Translations under genes and position numbers: made by a program | In this document: positions 58,419-64,000 of the stretch, piece by piece | Layout of the letters: every line of letters starts with the position of its first letter | How positions within the stretch are numbered: position 1 is the stretch's first letter | Notes under the pieces: generated by a model | Told to the model about the DNA's origin: nothing | The model's database searches: none | What the model saw: only the letters and a program-made list of their open reading frames with translations | Origin: Octopus vulgaris | Taxonomy: Eukaryota | Reading direction: 5' to 3' | Length of the DNA: 64,000 bases | NCBI GenBank assembly: GCA_951406725.2 | Contig: OX597818.1 | Span: 121,396,001 to 121,460,000 of the forward strand

Positions 58419-59270
58419 TGTTTGTATAAATATATATATTTATATATATATCGATTTATATATATATATATATATATATCGATTTCCAGAAATTTGTGGT
58501 TGCCTTTTATGACACCCTTAAGCCACTTTCTAGGTTTGTGTTGAAAAACTTTCCATCAGGTTAGTTCCCTATAAAATATCTGTTTGAGCAGCCTTCTCTC
58601 TTCCACCTTGACGACATGACTAGCCCATCGCATCTGTCTCAAAATGATCCTTTTCTCTATAGTGGTGCCGCGAAATTTCTTAAATGCAACAAAATAAGGT
58701 ATGCAGGAGGACCACTTTATGTTCAGGATGTGCAGGATCCAATAATGTAATATTTCCAATTCGGTTGTCCATGTTTCTCATCTGTATATCAGGGCTGTAA
58801 GAACACAGGCAATATACACAGCGAGCTCTGTATCTCTCATAATATCTCAATCTGACCAGATTTGCTTCTCGAGTTTCCTGAATGTATCACTAGCTTTCGC
58901 AGTCCTGTGATTTGTTTCAGTGTCAAGGGTCTCTGCAACGCGTATTTTCAAGGTACACAAAGCTTTCCACCCCTTCAAGTCTTTTTTCTCTCATAAAAAT
59001 AATGGGCTTTAAATGCACTTTCTCAGCTGGTGGAATGTGCATGACCTTTGTCTCTTTTATGCTAATATTTATGTCAAATGCTGAGCATGTATTTGAGAAG
59101 ATATCCAAAATATCAATTGTATATTTTTCGCTGAACGAGCCACAAAATCCGCAACATCAGCGGAAATTTTACACGAGTGCCAAATATTTTTGATTTGATG
59201 TTGAAAGGTCTTAGATTAAAGACTTTACCTGAGGTTCTAAATCGCATGTACAAACTTAATTCAAAGTCTT

Positions 59271-59438
59271 TGTTGTGTCGACGCCCCCAGACGATGAAGT
59301 AGGCTAGCCCAATACGTAGATATAGAGGGAGAAGTCTAGACGTCGAGGAGTTGAGTAGAGGTCATCCGAACGTGCGATATAACAGTGGCGACGAGGATTT
59401 CGTAGCTCACAGCCACTGTGTAGTATTGCGATATAACA
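59271..59438 (+). mobile_element. Miniature LTR-element remnant (114-bp TG..CA LTR, PBS-like site, LTR end)
   Basis: TGTTG...TAACA, then G-TGGCGACGAGG, then a repeated GCGATATAACA. 5-bp TSD GTCTT/TTCTT, and the RTE reading resumes across it. Confidence 0.6.
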
Positions 59439-60165
59439 TTCTTGGATGGCATATGTAAGTGGCACTGCAAAGTATATGGAGAACAAAGTGAGTGATGAAA
59501 TGCCACCTTGTTTGACACCTTTTTCCATTGCAATTGGCTCTCAAATTGTCCCATTAAATTATTGCCCTCATGTTTTGATGAAGCTTTTTGAATATTCCAT
59601 CAAATTCAGGAGAGCATCCAAATTTCTCCATCTTCACCCAACAGTATACAACGATTAACAATATCAGAAGCTTTAGTAAACTTCATCAATACTTCATACA
59701 ATTTCACTCGTTGATCAACACACTTCTGCATCAGCTGGTGGACTGAGAAGGTCATATCCATAGTATCCCACCCAGCTCTAAATCCATATTGGGTTTCCAG
59801 AAAGACATCTGGAAACTGAAGCCTTTTAAATTCAAATGGTACATCTGTGAAGATTTGAAGGATGATCAACAAAAGGTGCTTTCCTTCACAAGTTCTAAAT
59901 TAAGACTAGGGAACAAACAAACATACATACATACATACATATATATATACATGGATACATGCATGAATGCATACACACATGCATACATTACATTACATAC
60001 CACCTAGAAGGATTTGTCTTCGCTATCAAGGAAGAGGAGATAACTACTAAATGCCTGATAAACAAGAGGGACAAAGATACCACCGTACTTGCACGTTGTG
60101 ATAAAAATGTCAGCTCTATTATAGCAGTATGGAAGATATCACACTCACCATCAGCAGCTACCCCA

Positions 60166-60530
60166 GTGGAGGCGCAATGGCCCTGTCGTTAGGGAAGCGG
60201 ACTCGCGGTTTCGATTCCCAGACCGGGCGTTGTGTGTGTTTATTGAGCGGAAACACCTAAAGCTCCACAAGCCTCCAGTAGGGGTGGGGGGGGGCAACCC
60301 CTGTTGTACTCTTTCGCCCCAACGTTCTCTCACTCTTTCTTCCTGTTTCTTATCCCCGAATTCCTACGCAGCCGCTGAGCCTGGATGCGCATTCATTTAT
60401 CCGTCGATGGTCTGGGTGTCGGGTGTTGACCTGCTTTCTCTTCTGCGGGTCTTACGAATAGCAAAGGACCACGTTTCGGACTGCTCCCACTACATGACGA
60501 AGACGGCTTCGCTCAACAAACAAACAAAAA
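60166..60530 (+). mobile_element. SINE-C head with tail type 2, (AAAC)n end
   Basis: Match to 9529-9912. Confidence 0.88.
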
Positions 60531-61214
60531 CAACAATAGCAAAATGTGGAGCAGCGCCATCTTGTATAAAAATCAAATCATCAATATTCTCCCAAGTACT
60601 GGTAACTGGCCAAATTTCATCTTGCAGCATAGTGATATACTTTTCAGCATTCATGGTATTGCAAAGGATTAAGGGACCCATAATTCTGTCCGAAGTCATT
60701 CCATACCATATTATTACCTTGGGCCAATTCTGCATTTTTTCAGAGGTAATACGAAGGTCTTCTGCCAAGTAGTTGAAATCGTGACCGCTCACCAACCCAC
60801 CGATGTGAATTCCTCTTCATCACTCCAAAGGATATTTTTAAAGAGATCAGACCATGCTTGTTAGGCTTCTAAATTTCAAACTAAATAATCGATCTGAAAA
60901 AAAGAAAAAAAGCATAGAATCAATTCTCATACATTAAAGAACATACACAACAAATTTGAGAAAAAAATTATAATTAATAAATAAATTATATTTCGATTTT
61001 AGATTTGATTTTCAAGATTCTTTATATGAGAGTCAAGACTATTGAAAAGGTTTCAAGACGCAACGAAAAGTTTAGGAAAATAAAAATAAGAAATAAGTGG
61101 AAATTTTACCGGTGAGTTTGTTACATTATAAGGCACAAAAAGAAAAAGACTCTCCCCAGAAACAACAAAATAAATTATAAGTATTTTAAAATAGGTTACT
61201 TTTGAATCACCCTG
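60531..61214 (-). mobile_element. Tc1/mariner transposon relic with 5' TIR
   Basis: TA|CAGGGTGATTCAAAAAGTAACC terminus. ILWSDE...PKVIIWYGMTSDRIMGP...NAEKYITMLQD...FIQDGAAPHF. Confidence 0.85.
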
Positions 61215-61437
61215 TATATATAGTCTTACTTGGAGCGGTGAAGCTCGAAGCAGATGAAGCTATAAACAATACCGTGTAAATATTGGATAAAAAGAGTGGC
61301 TCGAACTCAGGACTTCTGTATACATGACAGACGTTCTACTATTGGATCAAAGTAACCCTTCGAATTCTTATGACGTTAATAATGTATATATGTGTATGTA
61401 TAATGTATACATATGTATACATACATACCTACATACT

Positions 61438-61481
<44 letters not shown>

Positions 61482-62676
61482 AGAAGCATGTAAGTCATGA
61501 ACTTTATGCTCATAATTATGTACACAGATTTTATTAGCATATACTCAATCATGGGTGTGTGTATTGCTATATCCGCATATACATATTCATATAGATGTAT
61601 ATAATATGATATGATATTTACATCTATCTGTCTATCAACATATATATATATATATATCCGTCTATTAACATATATATATATATGTGGGGGGGGGGTATGT
61701 ATGTATATATATATATATATATATCATTACATGCAGAAAGTAAACGATTAACTTTGCAATTATATATGCACATTTCATTTGCATATTTATACACACGCAT
61801 CGGTTTCTGTGTGTTCATCTCACTTAATGAGCTTATGCATTTAGATAAACAGTCAAGTAACAACACACAATTACATGGAATTACACGCAAACGCGCAAAG
61901 GCATACGCATATATACTGAAGAAGACAGATACATATATACTCGTTTGCGCGCGAGTTTCATTTACCGCTATAATTCTCATCACATAACCTCGCTCCAATA
62001 ATAATGCATAATAAACAGTTTTTGGAAAGTTGCTGAGTAAGTAATCAATACATTTGTACCTTTCCTAACCTCCAGCATCATTTCCACTTTGTGTGAAGTA
62101 TTAGTTGTCTGTCAATAATCGATCAGGAAATAGAAGAAAAAAATGTCTGTAACAGTTTTATCATATGTTGACGAACTATTCTTCGTTTTCTTGTTTCTTG
62201 CCTTGTGTTTTGTTATTTAAAAATCTTAATGATTTATTTATTTTTATGTATTTTTTAAAACCCAGATAAGTCAGCCAATATTAATAATAACAGAAAAAAA
62301 ACAGTCGTTCGATATTAAGTATGTTTTTATTTATTTATGTATTTATACTTTTGTAAGTACTGTTTAGAAAATGGTAAACTGCCATAAAAATAGAATTTAC
62401 GATACAGTTTCTATTCTGAGCTAGGATATTTCACTTTAGCCGAGAAAGTTTAATTGTCACAAATTGATGGTGTTTTTCCGATAATCTAACGATTCCGCCT
62501 GCACGCCATCATCAATATTATTATTATCAATAATATTAATATACTTAGTTTTGTTAGTTTTTGTATGTACCTATGGTGTGTGTCACACTTCAAAGGAAGA
62601 GTGACAAAGCCAGAGAGAGGCGGACAGAGAGGAAGTAAGAGAGAAAGAGAGAGAATGAAAGAGAAAAAGAGAAAGT

Positions 62677-62711
<35 letters not shown>

Positions 62712-62984
62712 TGAAAGAGACAGTGAGTGGTGACGGCGTTCGCTTTGTGTTTTAAAATATTTATCACATCGCAAGAAAAGTAGATACATAGATCGGAAGA
62801 AAAGTTGATACATAGATGCAGACGCATATTGTTAAATCGAAAGGAGGAGAGAGGAGGGACACAGAGGAAGTAAAAGAGAAAGAGAGAAAGTGAGAGACAG
62901 TAGATACATAGATCAATAGAAAAGTTGATACATATATACATAGACACAACACATATTGGATGTCATTTTCACTTTTCATTCCCA

Positions 62985-63145
62985 CACGAGGATAAAATTA
63001 ACTCACAAGTGGCTGATAACTCTACAGACATGCATACCATTAACGTAGATCTCAGGGAGATTCAGCCTCACACAGAATATAACAAGGTTGGCCCCTTTCA
63101 ATTACAGCTACCACTCATTTTCGCCAGCTGAGTATACTGGAGCAA
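62985..63145 (-). mobile_element. SINE-D internal fragment
   Basis: CTCAGGGAGATTCAGC...GCCAGCTGAGTATACTGGAGCAA. Confidence 0.7.
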
Positions 63146-63467
63146 GATAAACATTCAAATAGTTGGAAGAAAGTGAAAAAAGATCCTATATAGGGGCAGA
63201 AAAATCTTTTTAGTCATTAGGGTCGCTATGGGTGCTAATCCGATCCTAATCCGTGGGTCTTACAGACCTGGAGGCCAAGCTCCTGGATAAACACCAAGTG
63301 TTTCACCGAGTGAATTCGAAGCGTGAATTCACCGTGTATTCGAAGCGCGAATACACGGCAGAATAGCAATTATTTCGTCTTAGCTTTCACTACTTATACT
63401 AAACACATATTTTTACCTTACGATATGGAACATTTCCTTTCCTTTCACTCTTTTTTTTTAATGGTAT

Positions 63468-63720
63468 TCTATCGCTTACGACGACGAGATTGCCGTTTAT
63501 CTGATCAACGGAACAGTCTGCTCATAAAATTAACGCGCAAGCGGCTGAGTACTCCACGTACATGCATACCTATTTCTTTACTACCCACAAGGGGCTAAAC
63601 ACAGAGAGGACAAACAAGGACAGACAAACGGATTAAGTCGATTACATCGACACCAGTGCGTAACTGGTATTTAATTTATCGACCCCGAAAGGACGAAAGG
63701 TAAAGTCGACCTCGACGGAA
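63468..63720 (-). mobile_element. SINE-D tail fragment interrupted at ATACC| by a SINE-A 3' part (63571-63720)
   Basis: CATGCATACC|TATTTCTTTACTACC junction. Confidence 0.85.
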
Positions 63721-64000
63721 AAAAAGAAAAGCAAACGAGGAAGAGAACAAGAAAGAAAAAAAGAAAAATGGAGAATCAAATAAAAAATCAAGTGAAATGC
63801 GAACTCAGGAATCGTTGCCTTCAACCTGTAAGGAAGAATGAAAACGAAAGAGACAGCGAATTTGAGACAGAGGAATATGTGTCGCACGAAGAGAGTGGTG
63901 AAAGATATCAGAGAAAGGTACTTACAGGGAGAAATTTACGAAACCTCGTAGATTACGAAAAAAGTGCTGAAATCGAAAAGAGGGGAACAAAGATGAAAAA

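Larger units (their letters stand above)
57638..59870 (-). mobile_element. Degraded RTE-clade LINE (RT to C-terminal zinc-finger-like region), with nested insertions
   Basis: ETQYGFRAG..TMDMTFSVHQL..KC..Q, GVKQG..S.TLFSIYF, YMRFRTSGKVFNLR, ISIKETKVM, RQMRWASHVVK, WRCIIC. Confidence 0.88.

Overview
AT-rich eukaryotic non-coding DNA, most likely an octopod cephalopod (Octopus) intron or intergenic region. The species call rests on my recollection of the SINE families and was not verified by search. No host protein-coding gene, tRNA, rRNA or CRISPR array can be supported. The long ORFs are translations of microsatellites, and every protein-like ORF is a transposon relic: CR1 and RTE LINEs and Tc1/mariner transposases. 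The window contains four tRNA-derived SINE families (A-D here), non-autonomous Helitrons, MITEs, foldback palindromes, minisatellites and very long (TA)n tracts. Most interesting: (1) SINE-A inserts at sites matching a few bases just 3' of its tail (GGTA, AGAA or TATA). GGTA and AGAA also occur in its own head, giving precise head-less 184-bp tandem arrays (apparent self-targeting). (2) Several short families embedded in (TA)n tracts carry minimal hammerhead-ribozyme-like folds of the Penelope type. (3) A set of TA-embedded foldback elements, two with related ends. (4) A twin-priming-type 5' inversion in an RTE LINE, templated repair insertions, and a miniature LTR-element remnant. The 25.0-31.4 kb interval shows signs of noisy long-read assembly.
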